A stretch of 24,000 bases of DNA, taken from Bacillus solimangrovi. GTDB taxonomy: Bacteria > Bacillota > Bacilli > Bacillales > Bacillaceae_N. The notes under the pieces are model-generated. The model had not been told where the DNA came from, searched no databases, and saw only the letters and a list, made by a program, of their open reading frames with translations. The DNA is taken from the NCBI RefSeq assembly GCF_001742425.1, contig NZ_MJEH01000002.1:59793-83792 (forward strand), written 5' to 3'. Shown one piece after another: positions 1 through 8,565 of the stretch. A program made the translations under genes and the position numbers. The number at the start of each line of letters is the position of its first letter. The stretch's first letter is position 1.

Positions 1-1002
1 ATAAAGATATTACGGAGTAGTATTATAGATTTTACAGGTTTAATTATTATTGGTTTAACTCTTTTGCTTTTTTCGTTTAGTACAAGCTTTAATGGTGCCT
101 TAACTTTCCCTCCTTCTGTTTTAGATTTGAATACAATTTTTCTAAGTATTTTAATAGAAGCTCTTCCTTTTATTTTAATAGGAGTATTAATTGCTGGAAT
201 GATTCAAATCTTTGTAACCGAAGAACATATTCAAAAGTGGATTCCTAAAAATAAAGTAATGGCAGTTATTATGAGTTGTGTTGTTGGAGCACTTTTTCCT
301 GCTTGTGAATGTGGCATTGTTCCAATTGTTCGCAGACTTATTTCAAAAGGTGTACCAATTTATGCAGCTATCGGTTTTATGTTAACGGGCCCACTAATTA
401 ACCCAATTGTCATTGCCTCTACTTACATGGCATTTGGAAACAATATTAAGATGGCTGGACTACGTATGGGGTTAGGTTTCTTAATTGCTATTCTCGTTGC
501 TTTGACAATAAGCTTTGTTGTTAAAGGTAACCAATTAAAAACATCAATAAGTATTAAAAGTACTCATTCACACTTACATATACAAGAAAAATCTTTTATG
601 AGCCTATTCTGGTCAATGTTAATTCATTCTATTGATGAGTTTTTTGATATGGCAAAATTTCTTATTATCGGTGCTTTCTTAGCGGCGTTTGTACAAACCT
701 ACATACCTGCAAAAACATTATTGGAAACAGGTAGTGGTCCCGTTTCCTCTTTACTCGTTATGATGGGATTAGCATATGTTCTATCATTATGTTCTGAGGC
801 CGATGCCTTTATTGGTGCTTCCTTTAGCAGTATTTTTCCTACTCCGTCGATTTTAGGCTTCTTAATTTTCGGACCGATGATCGACTTGAAAAATACGTTA
901 ATGATGTTAAGTGTTTTCCGATATAAGTTTGTGATGGGCTTGCTTGCATTGGTCATATCAACAGTTTTTATTACGATTATGCTTTTACAAAGCTTTCTAT
1001 AA
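1..1002 (+). CDS. Multi-pass permease, COG0701/DUF318 (YraQ/ArsP-like) family; 5' end probably lies upstream of the window
   Basis: Frame 1 is open from position 1 to the TAA at 1000-1002. The first candidate start (TTG 64) has no Shine-Dalgarno, so the true start is probably off-window. The protein has many hydrophobic segments. Motifs FLSILIEALPFILIGVLIAG and FPACECGIVP fit this permease family. The partner gene follows after 12 nt. Confidence 0.8.
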   Translation: MKILRSSIIDFTGLIIIGLTLLLFSFSTSFNGALTFPPSVLDLNTIFLSILIEALPFILIGVLIAGMIQIFVTEEHIQKWIPKNKVMAVIMSCVVGALFPACECGIVPIVRRLISKGVPIYAAIGFMLTGPLINPIVIASTYMAFGNNIKMAGLRMGLGFLIAILVALTISFVVKGNQLKTSISIKSTHSHLHIQEKSFMSLFWSMLIHSIDEFFDMAKFLIIGAFLAAFVQTYIPAKTLLETGSGPVSSLLVMMGLAYVLSLCSEADAFIGASFSSIFPTPSILGFLIFGPMIDLKNTLMMLSVFRYKFVMGLLALVISTVFITIMLLQSFL

Positions 1003-1014
1003 GGAGGTAGAACT

Positions 1015-1950
1015 GTGAAATTTTCTTATCAGCAAGCTATAAGAGCAGTGATATTATTTGCATTTTCAGCAATGCTTTTTAAGCTACATTTTACAGGAGA
1101 CATAACCAAGTTTATCAACCCAAAATATGTCGGTTTAAGTCAGTCTGCTTCAGTCATCTTTTTATTTTTATTTTTTATCCAAATAACAAGAATTTGGAGT
1201 GTGAAAGAACATAACCACGAGCATTGCTCTCATGAAGCCGATAACTGTGGACATGACCATGGAAATTCAGCTTTTAATGTTAAGAAGTTAATATCCTATA
1301 TAATTATCATTATCCCTTTATTAACTGGGCTCTTTCTTCCTCCAAAGGTTCTCGATTCATCTATTGCAGCTAACAAAGGAGGTATGGCGGTTTTAACCAA
1401 ACAGACATCCTCCGAGAAAGAAACAAATAACCCTGCAACACTAGATACGAATGACGATGATACACAAAGTGAAGTAACATTTGAGCATAGTGCAGCGAAC
1501 CCTAGTATAACCGAAGCCCAAAAAGAAATTTCCAAGGAAGAATTTGATCAGCTTATACAAAAACTAGTGACGACTCCTGTTATTGAAATGAATGATTATG
1601 TTTTTAGCTCCTACTATCAGGAAATCAGTAAAGATATCAATAGATTCAAAGGAAGAAATATTGAATTAAAGGGTTTTGTATACAAAGAGGATGGATTTGA
1701 TGAAAATCAACTTGTACTTTCAAGATTTCTAATTACTCATTGTGTAGCAGATGCCAGCATCATCGGATTGCTTTCAGAATTCAAGGAAGCTTCTAGTATT
1801 GAACAGGACACATGGATTGAAGCCAAAGGAGTGTTGGATATTACGAACTATAATGGAATGGAACTTCCTTACATCAAAATTTCTGAATGGAAAAAAATAA
1901 AGACTCCTGAAGAACCTTATCTTTATCCTATCAGTGTAAGAATTTTATAA
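1015..1950 (+). CDS. TIGR03943/DUF1980 family membrane protein (YcgQ-like), partner subunit of the upstream permease
   Basis: GTG 1015 lies 7 nt after AGGAGG (1002-1007). The layout is N-terminal TM helices, a His/Cys-rich loop (EHNHEHCSHEADNCGHDHG), another TM, then a soluble C-terminal domain. Adjacency to a COG0701 permease is the typical arrangement for this family. Confidence 0.8.
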   Translation: MKFSYQQAIRAVILFAFSAMLFKLHFTGDITKFINPKYVGLSQSASVIFLFLFFIQITRIWSVKEHNHEHCSHEADNCGHDHGNSAFNVKKLISYIIIIIPLLTGLFLPPKVLDSSIAANKGGMAVLTKQTSSEKETNNPATLDTNDDDTQSEVTFEHSAANPSITEAQKEISKEEFDQLIQKLVTTPVIEMNDYVFSSYYQEISKDINRFKGRNIELKGFVYKEDGFDENQLVLSRFLITHCVADASIIGLLSEFKEASSIEQDTWIEAKGVLDITNYNGMELPYIKISEWKKIKTPEEPYLYPISVRIL

Positions 1951-1956
1951 TAAAAA

Positions 1957-1984
1957 CAGGTTGGCCCTAAACCATCTTGTTTTG
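1957..1984 (+). terminator. Possible rho-independent terminator after the permease pair
   Basis: The stem is caggttgg (1957-1964) / ccatcttg (1972-1979), with one mismatch and one G-U pair. It is followed by tttt. Confidence 0.4.
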
Positions 1985-2158
1985 ATTATTAAATTATCTT
2001 TTTAAGGATAATAAATTAAAAATTATAGCTACCATATATATGTTTAGAGAAGCTGGATTTCCATATTCCCATCATCTATATTTACAGTAACGTCATATTT
2101 TTAACAGAAGAGTTGTTATCTGAACTATCACAGAACTTGTGACAGAAACCAGTGAAGA

Positions 2159-2194
2159 CAAAAAAAGACACAACTCCAATAAGGATTGTGTCTT
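2159..2194 (-). terminator. Rho-independent terminator of the VOC-family gene
   Basis: A perfect 9-bp stem aagacacaa (2165-2173) / ttgtgtctt (2186-2194). On the minus strand it is followed by a T6 run, just downstream of the stop at 2208. Confidence 0.7.
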
Positions 2195-2207
2195 TTCATT
2201 TCCACAA

Positions 2208-2570
2208 TTAAAATGTAACAACACCAAGTTGGTTGCCATCAGGATCAAATAAATCAAAAAATCTCATCCCGTCTCCACCTTGAATTTCATTCACTTTAAC
2301 TCCACGTTCGGTTACAAATGTATAATAACCATCGATATCTTCACAGTAAAAATTGAATGGAATATGATTTCTTTCTGGCATTTCATCAACTTTGTACAAA
2401 GTTAATGCTGTTTTTATTTCACCTTCTTCATCAAATCGAAAACCTACATATTGTTCGTCAATGCTACGATATACCACTTTAAAAGGAAATATGCTCATAT
2501 ACCATTCTTCAGCACTACTAATATCAGTAACAGGGACAAAAACGCTATCAATTCTTCTAACTGATTTCAC
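2208..2570 (-). CDS. VOC (glyoxalase/bleomycin-resistance/dioxygenase fold) family protein
   Basis: A 120-aa ORF. GTG 2570 lies 8 nt after AGGAGG (complement of 2579-2584). The size, the N-terminal IDSVFVPVTD strand and the C-terminal FFDLFDPDGNQLGVV motif are typical of VOC-fold proteins. Confidence 0.8.
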   Translation of the reverse strand: MKSVRRIDSVFVPVTDISSAEEWYMSIFPFKVVYRSIDEQYVGFRFDEEGEIKTALTLYKVDEMPERNHIPFNFYCEDIDGYYTFVTERGVKVNEIQGGDGMRFFDLFDPDGNQLGVVTF

Positions 2571-2750
2571 TTTAACATCCTCCTATTTTTTATATCTATT
2601 AATTATTTTAATAACACACTTAATTAAGTTTGTTCATCAAAATGTTTTATGATACCTCATTTTAGAAATGTTATATTCAATTTCAAACATATACACACTA
2701 TATATGGTAAAATTATGTCAAATAAATCTATAGATTGTAAGGTGAAGAAT

Positions 2751-4526
2751 ATGCCAGATTGGTCCTATCATATTATATTTAAACCGATGTTAACGAAACT
2801 ATCCCCTTACACCTCTAGGGAGTTTATTCATCGTGGAATGAATGCAATCGCTTCTCTTCCAGTCGGTTCTCATATTATAAATTTCCTAGGTCGGGAAGAA
2901 TGTTCTCCTCTTCTTGAGAAACAACTTGATGGAGTGAAGTATAACAATCCTGTTGGACTTTCTGGGAAGATTGATCCTTTACTATCAGGTACAAAGGCAT
3001 TTTCACATTTAGGGTTTGGTTTCATTGAAATTGGGCCTATAACGATGAAACCAAGCTTGAATGCTCAACTTCCGATTATCAACAGAGAAGATAAACAAAT
3101 CCATTTCCCTTGCAAACATGAGTCTATTGGTTTAGAAACAACTATCGATAAACTAACAACAATCAAAAAGAAACAACCTTTATTCATGAGGATTTCAGGA
3201 AGTAAAGCAGAGATTTTCACAATGATTCAAGAATTAGATTCATATGCAGACGGCTATATTATTGAATCATATGATCCTAGTTATGTTACATTAACCTCTA
3301 AACCGATTTATGTCGTTGTTCCATCTAATGAAAAAACTGAAACTTTAGTAAACTTATTTCATACATTCTCTGGTGTAATAATTGACGGGGATTCATTTAT
3401 AGAAATATTAAATAGTGTACAACGTCTAAAAAAAATAGACTCCTCAAAAACTATTCTGACGTCTGGAGGAATTCATGAACCAGACCAAGCATTACAATTG
3501 CTAAATGCAGGTGCAGATTTAGTTATGTTAGTTGACGGTTATGTATTTTCTGGACCTGGTTTGACGAAAAGAATAAACGAAGCATTACTGAACAGAGTTG
3601 AGCAACCTTCTCTTCCGCAAAAAGGATGGAAGTCGTATTGGATATTCGGGCTACTTATTTTCCTTGGAGGATTACTTGCATTATTGTTTAGTTTAACTAC
3701 TATTATTCTCCCATATGATGAATTATTTTTAAATACAAAAAAAGAAAATTTATGGAATTTTAATGATAGAATTATGCTTTTTATGGCACATGATCGCATG
3801 ACATTAGCTGGCACGATGATTTCAGGTGGCATCGTGTATATGAATCTTGCTAAAAACGGTATTAGAAGAAAACTTAAGTGGTCAAAACAAGTTACAGATA
3901 TTGCTGCTATTATTGGCTTTTTAGGCATCTTTTTATTTATTGGTTACGGTTATTTTGATTGGTTGCATTTAGTGTTCTGGATCACCCTACTACCATTTTA
4001 TATATATGGTTTTTATCAAACTAGAAATGTACAAGGAACTCCTACTTCAACGAATCTAAAAAATCATAGAGCTTGGCAAATGTCTTTGTTGGGACAATTT
4101 TTGTTTGTATTATTAGGGTTTTCTTTTGTGTTTGGTGGAATCATTATTTCAATTTATGGGGTAACTTCAGTCTTTGTTCCAACTGACTTACTATATATTT
4201 GTATGAGTATTGACCAATTACAATCCTTTAATGAAAATTTATTATCATTAATTGCCCATGATCGTGCAGGATTTGGAAGTGCTTTATTAAGTGTCGGATT
4301 ACTCGTACTCATGATTGCTCTTTGGGGATACCAGCAAGGAAACAAGTGGGTTTGGTGGACTTTTTTTATTGGCGGCCTGCCAGCTTTTATTACTGCTATT
4401 TACGTTCATTTTGCAATTGGATATACAACCTTTATTCACTTATTACCTGCGTATTTTGCGTTTATCGTCTACATTTGTGGCTTGATCGTTAGTTATTCCT
4501 ATTTATCAAAGATTAATCCTGAGTGA
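2751..4526 (+). CDS. Dihydroorotate dehydrogenase (class 2)-like N-terminal domain fused to a C-terminal ~8-TM membrane domain
   Basis: ATG 2751 is preceded by AAGGTGA (2739-2745). The ORF-track start at 2649 has no RBS. NPVGLSGKIDPLLSGTKAFSHLGFGFIEIGPIT and TSGGIHEPDQALQLLNAGADLVMLVDGYVFSGPGL resemble the first and last conserved PyrD blocks. The C-terminal ~300 aa are hydrophobic and carry two AHDR-containing repeats. Confidence 0.75.
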   Translation: MPDWSYHIIFKPMLTKLSPYTSREFIHRGMNAIASLPVGSHIINFLGREECSPLLEKQLDGVKYNNPVGLSGKIDPLLSGTKAFSHLGFGFIEIGPITMKPSLNAQLPIINREDKQIHFPCKHESIGLETTIDKLTTIKKKQPLFMRISGSKAEIFTMIQELDSYADGYIIESYDPSYVTLTSKPIYVVVPSNEKTETLVNLFHTFSGVIIDGDSFIEILNSVQRLKKIDSSKTILTSGGIHEPDQALQLLNAGADLVMLVDGYVFSGPGLTKRINEALLNRVEQPSLPQKGWKSYWIFGLLIFLGGLLALLFSLTTIILPYDELFLNTKKENLWNFNDRIMLFMAHDRMTLAGTMISGGIVYMNLAKNGIRRKLKWSKQVTDIAAIIGFLGIFLFIGYGYFDWLHLVFWITLLPFYIYGFYQTRNVQGTPTSTNLKNHRAWQMSLLGQFLFVLLGFSFVFGGIIISIYGVTSVFVPTDLLYICMSIDQLQSFNENLLSLIAHDRAGFGSALLSVGLLVLMIALWGYQQGNKWVWWTFFIGGLPAFITAIYVHFAIGYTTFIHLLPAYFAFIVYICGLIVSYSYLSKINPE

Positions 4527-4641
4527 TATTAAACAAAACACTTTTTGTATCATTCAAACCATTGTATGACCCAGAACACCTCTCTTCGCTTCTCATATAC
4601 TACAAGTGTAATAACTTTTAGTTTATGAAAGGAGCTGAAAA

Positions 4642-4908
4642 TTGGTGCAAATAGATAAAAAATACGTTATATATTTTTTAAGTTTCTTAGGTGCTGGCGT
4701 TGCAATGATTGCTTTAGCAGGTATAGGTATTGGGATTGGTACTGCTGGCGGAGCAGCCCTTGAAGGTATTGCAAGACAACCAGAAGTTACTAGTACAATT
4801 CAACAAACACTTCTGTTATTAGTTGTATTACCTGAATTATTCTTAGCATTCCTTGCTTTCGTTGTTGCGATAATTATTATTCAAACAATTAGAAATTGCA
4901 GATGTTAA
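4642..4908 (+). CDS. F-type ATPase c-subunit (proteolipid, AtpE)-like protein, solitary copy
   Basis: GGAG (4631-4634) lies 7 nt before TTG 4642; GTG 4645 is an alternative start. The protein is a two-helix hairpin with a Gly-rich helix 1 (GIGIGIGTAGGAALEGIARQPE). EGIARQPE is identical to the loop of Bacillus AtpE. A Glu in helix 2 (VVLPELF) sits at the same spacing from RQPE as the ion-binding Glu of AtpE. Confidence 0.7.
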   Translation: MVQIDKKYVIYFLSFLGAGVAMIALAGIGIGIGTAGGAALEGIARQPEVTSTIQQTLLLLVVLPELFLAFLAFVVAIIIIQTIRNCRC

Positions 4909-4917
4909 GAGAATTTT

Positions 4918-4947
4918 AACCGCTACTGATTAAAACTTGTAGCGGTT
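4918..4947 (+). terminator. Hairpin terminator after the c-subunit-like gene
   Basis: A perfect 9-bp stem aaccgctac (4918-4926) / gtagcggtt (4939-4947), 10 nt after the stop. The trailing T-tract is weak (aattatatt). Confidence 0.55.
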
Positions 4948-5090
4948 AATTATATTGCATTGATGGTTGAGGTTATTTTCAATTTATGTGCTTTATTACT
5001 TAAGTTTTTCTTGATGGAATCATTTAAATTCTCAAATAACTGACCACATCGAAATTTATTAAGTTTTACAAATAAAAGCACTTAAAAAAA

Positions 5091-5873
5091 TCAGTTACAA
5101 ATACTAGCGATGTTACTATTGTTGCACCTATTACCAATTAAATTGTTATCATCTTGATCTATAATATCAAGGTTCCCATTACCGAGCACATGATTAAAAA
5201 AAACATCATTTTCATTTGAATTTCCAGATAAACTTATTCCGTTTAGAACATTATCATTCACTACATTTCTCTTTATCAAGTTATCGTCTGAATCATCTTC
5301 TATAACAATCCCATTGTTATTACTTATGACATCATTTCCTTTAACTAAATTACTTTTTGCATTGTCCAATTCAATGCCTATAGAATTATTATTACAACTA
5401 TTCTTTTCAATCTTGTTCTGATTTGAATCGGCTAGAAATATCCCCTCAACACCACCATTACAACGATTGTTCATAATTTTATTTTCATTTGAACTAGATA
5501 ACACAATATTTAAACCGTATTGTTGTACAGTGAAATTTTGTACGATTACTCCTGAAGTTCCATTCAGTGTTAAACCATTACCTCCTATCATTGTTCCATC
5601 TAGTACAGGTTTCATTTTCCCTAACCCAATTAAATTTAAATTATCTTTATTTATGACAACATTTTGAACATATGGGCCTCCACTTGCTCGCACAAAAATA
5701 ATATCTCCTTCTTCTGCCTCATTAACTGCTTCTTGAATTGTAGGAAAATCATTTGGCACAACGATTGTTTTTTCGTTCAAAAAAAAGATTGCTAACCCAA
5801 TCACTGAACCTATAAAAATAAGACATACAAAACTACAAATTATTGAAATTATCAAATGTTGTGATGTTTTCAA
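5091..5873 (-). CDS. Membrane-anchored right-handed parallel beta-helix repeat protein (NosD/PbH1-like)
   Basis: TTG start at 5873 with GGTGGAAG upstream. There is an N-terminal TM anchor (LIISIICSFVCLIFIGSVIGLAIFF). Repeated Asn/Gly-rich ~22-aa turns follow (NKIEKNSCNNNSIGIEL, NLVKGNDVISNNNGIVI, NLIKRNVVNDNVLNGISL), as in beta-helix repeats. Confidence 0.75.
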   Translation of the reverse strand: MKTSQHLIISIICSFVCLIFIGSVIGLAIFFLNEKTIVVPNDFPTIQEAVNEAEEGDIIFVRASGGPYVQNVVINKDNLNLIGLGKMKPVLDGTMIGGNGLTLNGTSGVIVQNFTVQQYGLNIVLSSSNENKIMNNRCNGGVEGIFLADSNQNKIEKNSCNNNSIGIELDNAKSNLVKGNDVISNNNGIVIEDDSDDNLIKRNVVNDNVLNGISLSGNSNENDVFFNHVLGNGNLDIIDQDDNNLIGNRCNNSNIASICN

Positions 5874-6100
5874 ACTTCCACCATCCTATACACTTAGCTT
5901 GAACACCTTGCTTAGTCCTCAATCATTTACTATATAGATTGTTTATTTAGTGATTGATAGTCTTTTTAACCATATTGTATGCTTTAACTCATTATTTCGT
6001 TTAGACGATATTCTATAAAAATGGACTATAGTTGTTTCTGTACCTGTATTTTTATTGGATTTAAAGGATAAATCTTTATTGCACTTAGTCTTATTAGAAA

Positions 6101-6140
6101 CAAAAAAGACTTATCAAAAAATTGAAATTTGATAAGTCTT
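6101..6140 (-). terminator. Rho-independent terminator of the ABC/DUF4097 operon
   Basis: A perfect 13-bp stem aagacttatcaaa (6106-6118) / tttgataagtctt (6128-6140). It is followed by a T-run on the minus strand, 13 nt after the stop at 6153. Confidence 0.8.
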
Positions 6141-6152
6141 TCTTGATAATTA

Positions 6153-6944
6153 TTAATCTAAATTGATACTTCCTGATAACGTATGAATTGACAATTTTGG
6201 TCCGTTTGCTCCCAGTTCACTTTGTAACTTATTACCTGCCCCTTGAGAAATGATCTTCTCTGCTGCAAATAATGATGTTTTAATTTTACCTGATTCTGTT
6301 GCTGCATCTACGATTAAGCTATTAGGCTTCTGGTTAAAGTTAACTACAATTTTACCAGAAAGTGTATTAATATTACTATCACTACCTAACATTCCATTGT
6401 GTGAAAGTATTATATTCCCAGTTTGATTGGTAATTACAAAATCTCCATTAGCATTTTCCAATTCTACGTTTCCAGCCACATTTTCACTAAATAATTTATT
6501 ACTATCAATCCCATTTATCGATATATTGCCTGAGTCTGTTGTAAATACTAATTCCTCCGCTTTCAGACCCTCACCAGAAATATTACCTGATGTAGAGATT
6601 AAGCTGATTTTCTTATACATCGTATTTGGTACATCTAGGTATAGTGTTTTAGTTTTTAAATTTACGATGCCTGATGAATTTTCTAAATTTACTTTCAACA
6701 CATTGCCTTCAACTGTTGCAGGAATATCTTCAACATCTTCCATATTTACTTTCACTGTACTATCATTACTTGGACGAACTTCAATATTTTGACCATCCGC
6801 TTTCACATAAATTTCTTCAACGTTTCCTCCCTCGAACGATTTACTTTCAAAGTTTGATGCAGAATCTGAATTGCAAGCGCCCAGTAATAACACCATAAAT
6901 CCAATACTAAATAGTGTAATCATTCTATTGTTTAGCTTTCTCAT
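6153..6944 (-). CDS. Lipoprotein with DUF4097-like beta-strand repeats (putative adhesin fold)
   Basis: ATG 6944 lies after AGGAGG. The signal peptide has a lipobox (LLLGAC). Repeated SGNIS/SGKI/SGSI strand motifs run through the protein, which ends SGSINLD. The start overlaps the upstream permease stop by 20 nt. Confidence 0.8.
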   Translation of the reverse strand: MRKLNNRMITLFSIGFMVLLLGACNSDSASNFESKSFEGGNVEEIYVKADGQNIEVRPSNDSTVKVNMEDVEDIPATVEGNVLKVNLENSSGIVNLKTKTLYLDVPNTMYKKISLISTSGNISGEGLKAEELVFTTDSGNISINGIDSNKLFSENVAGNVELENANGDFVITNQTGNIILSHNGMLGSDSNINTLSGKIVVNFNQKPNSLIVDAATESGKIKTSLFAAEKIISQGAGNKLQSELGANGPKLSIHTLSGSINLD

Positions 6945-8565
6945 GATATCCTCCTTTAGAATAATCAGTTTTATTTATACCCTTTGTTCTTCCTAAGCTT
7001 AAACTACCAGTTTGTACCTGCTGAATCATGAGAGCAGTGATAAAGAACACGACTGTAAGAATTATATAAAGGTTGTTATGTGCAGTAGAAACACCTAAAA
7101 AGTCAAGATAAGGTAAGTCATTTACTGGGCCCATGTACCACCACAACATATAAATAACTTCAAATAGTTTTCTCGATCCACTCAATAATCCTAAAGCAAA
7201 GCTCAATGTAGGAATGAAAAATACACCTACTAACCATGAATAAAAATATGTCATTTGCCCTTGCATTAAGAATTGAACGAATATACCTGATGACATGAGT
7301 ACAGTAATAAAAATCCCAGAAATCCATACAGCAGCAAATTTATATATTGGTGGACAACTAGATAAGATTAACTCTCTAGTAAAGTATGTCTTTTCTCTCG
7401 TACCCATTTGAGACCAAATAACAATTGGCATAACCATTAGAAGAGGTAACCAACTTTGAATTTTGTCAAATGGAATTAAAATACTTCCAGTTATCATTCC
7501 TAAGACTAAAAGATACCACCAAATAGAATTACCTTTTAACATGATTCGTAACTCAGCTCGAATTAAGCGTGATAAATGAATACGTCTACTTTTTTCAACT
7601 GGTGATAACTTGAATCCCTTTTTCTCTGCACTTTCAACAATAAAGTTATTTTTACTCTTAAAGAGTGCAAGCTTTTTATTAAGCAGTTTTTTCTTTTCTT
7701 CCTTAAAGCGTGAAAATATCATAGATGAAAGTAATGTTAGAATCATCGCAATTAACACCCAAATCACGCGTTGTGTTAATAGATGTGAGTCCCACTCAAC
7801 ACCTTGCCAAATAAATGTTGCAATTTGCCCTTCTGTTGGATAATAACCGAAACTTCCCCCTTCTTGACTTTGAGCAATGAAAGGATATTGTATCGCTGCT
7901 TCACTTACCATGTCAGATCGAATCGCATCTAGTCCAAACAAATCCCAAAAACTACTAGGGCTTGCGATTGAAATTACACTAAAGAAAATCCAAAAACAGA
8001 AGAATACGATATTACCTATCACACCTTTTAAAACAGGTAAGACGTCAAATAAAACAGTTAAAGACGCTAATACTAATAGAGAAGGAATAGCGATAAATAG
8101 AAATGGTGCGAAGTAATCCCATAATTGTAGCTGATAACTTTCTCCACGTATTAATTGCATAATGATAAACGCAATCATCATAATACTTTCTATGACAACT
8201 AATACAAGAAAATTTGATATCGCTTTTCCTGAAATGTAACGGAAATTACTAATTGGTGTAGCTGCAATGATTTGTCCAACTTTCAACAATTGATCTTCTG
8301 TTATTTGACTTCTCAACATATAGAATCCAAATAACCATAGCAATAAGGTTGTAAGCATAGCTGCCATGCCGCCAAGCCATGCAGAATTATATACTCCACG
8401 TACTCCCCCAATATAAAATACTTCATAACCAGCTGTAGATGATGGTACACATGCATACCCAATAAAAATACTTAAACCAATAATAATGAGAAATGAATAG
8501 CTTCTCATTTGTTTAATGAGATTATTCTTCATTAAATAAACATACGATTCAAATGTATGGTTCAT
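6925..8565 (-). CDS. ABC transporter permease, fused double membrane domain (546 aa)
   Basis: Its ATG overlaps the stop of the upstream ATPase gene (ATGA at 8562-8565). Two blocks of about 6 TM helices are separated by a basic cytoplasmic linker (FKEEKKKLLNKKLALFKSK...). Confidence 0.8.
   Translation of the reverse strand: MNHTFESYVYLMKNNLIKQMRSYSFLIIIGLSIFIGYACVPSSTAGYEVFYIGGVRGVYNSAWLGGMAAMLTTLLLWLFGFYMLRSQITEDQLLKVGQIIAATPISNFRYISGKAISNFLVLVVIESIMMIAFIIMQLIRGESYQLQLWDYFAPFLFIAIPSLLVLASLTVLFDVLPVLKGVIGNIVFFCFWIFFSVISIASPSSFWDLFGLDAIRSDMVSEAAIQYPFIAQSQEGGSFGYYPTEGQIATFIWQGVEWDSHLLTQRVIWVLIAMILTLLSSMIFSRFKEEKKKLLNKKLALFKSKNNFIVESAEKKGFKLSPVEKSRRIHLSRLIRAELRIMLKGNSIWWYLLVLGMITGSILIPFDKIQSWLPLLMVMPIVIWSQMGTREKTYFTRELILSSCPPIYKFAAVWISGIFITVLMSSGIFVQFLMQGQMTYFYSWLVGVFFIPTLSFALGLLSGSRKLFEVIYMLWWYMGPVNDLPYLDFLGVSTAHNNLYIILTVVFFITALMIQQVQTGSLSLGRTKGINKTDYSKGGYHEKAKQ

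Noticed and set aside
699-2652. Antisense or overlapping ORFs at 699-956(-), 1296-1535(-) and 2392-2652(+)
   Set aside because: They lie entirely inside better-supported genes on the opposite strand. They have low-complexity or hydrophobic products and no RBS, and are typical shadow ORFs of AT-rich DNA.
2649-2750. The N-terminal 34-codon extension of the DHODH-like ORF given in the ORF track
   Set aside because: There is no RBS at 2649, and the region overlaps the divergent promoter. ATG 2751 has AAGGTGA upstream, and the PyrD-like N-terminal helix region starts there.
3539-4345. Antisense ORFs at 3539-3928(-) and 4154-4345(-) inside the DHODH-like gene
   Set aside because: They are shadow ORFs opposite a gene with clear family motifs, and have no start-site support.
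5467-8116. ORFs at 5467-5667(+), 6427-6792(+), 6674-6898(+), 7610-7843(+) and 7877-8116(+)
   Set aside because: All are antisense to the beta-helix, DUF4097 and permease genes. Their products are repetitive mirror images of the sense-strand repeats.
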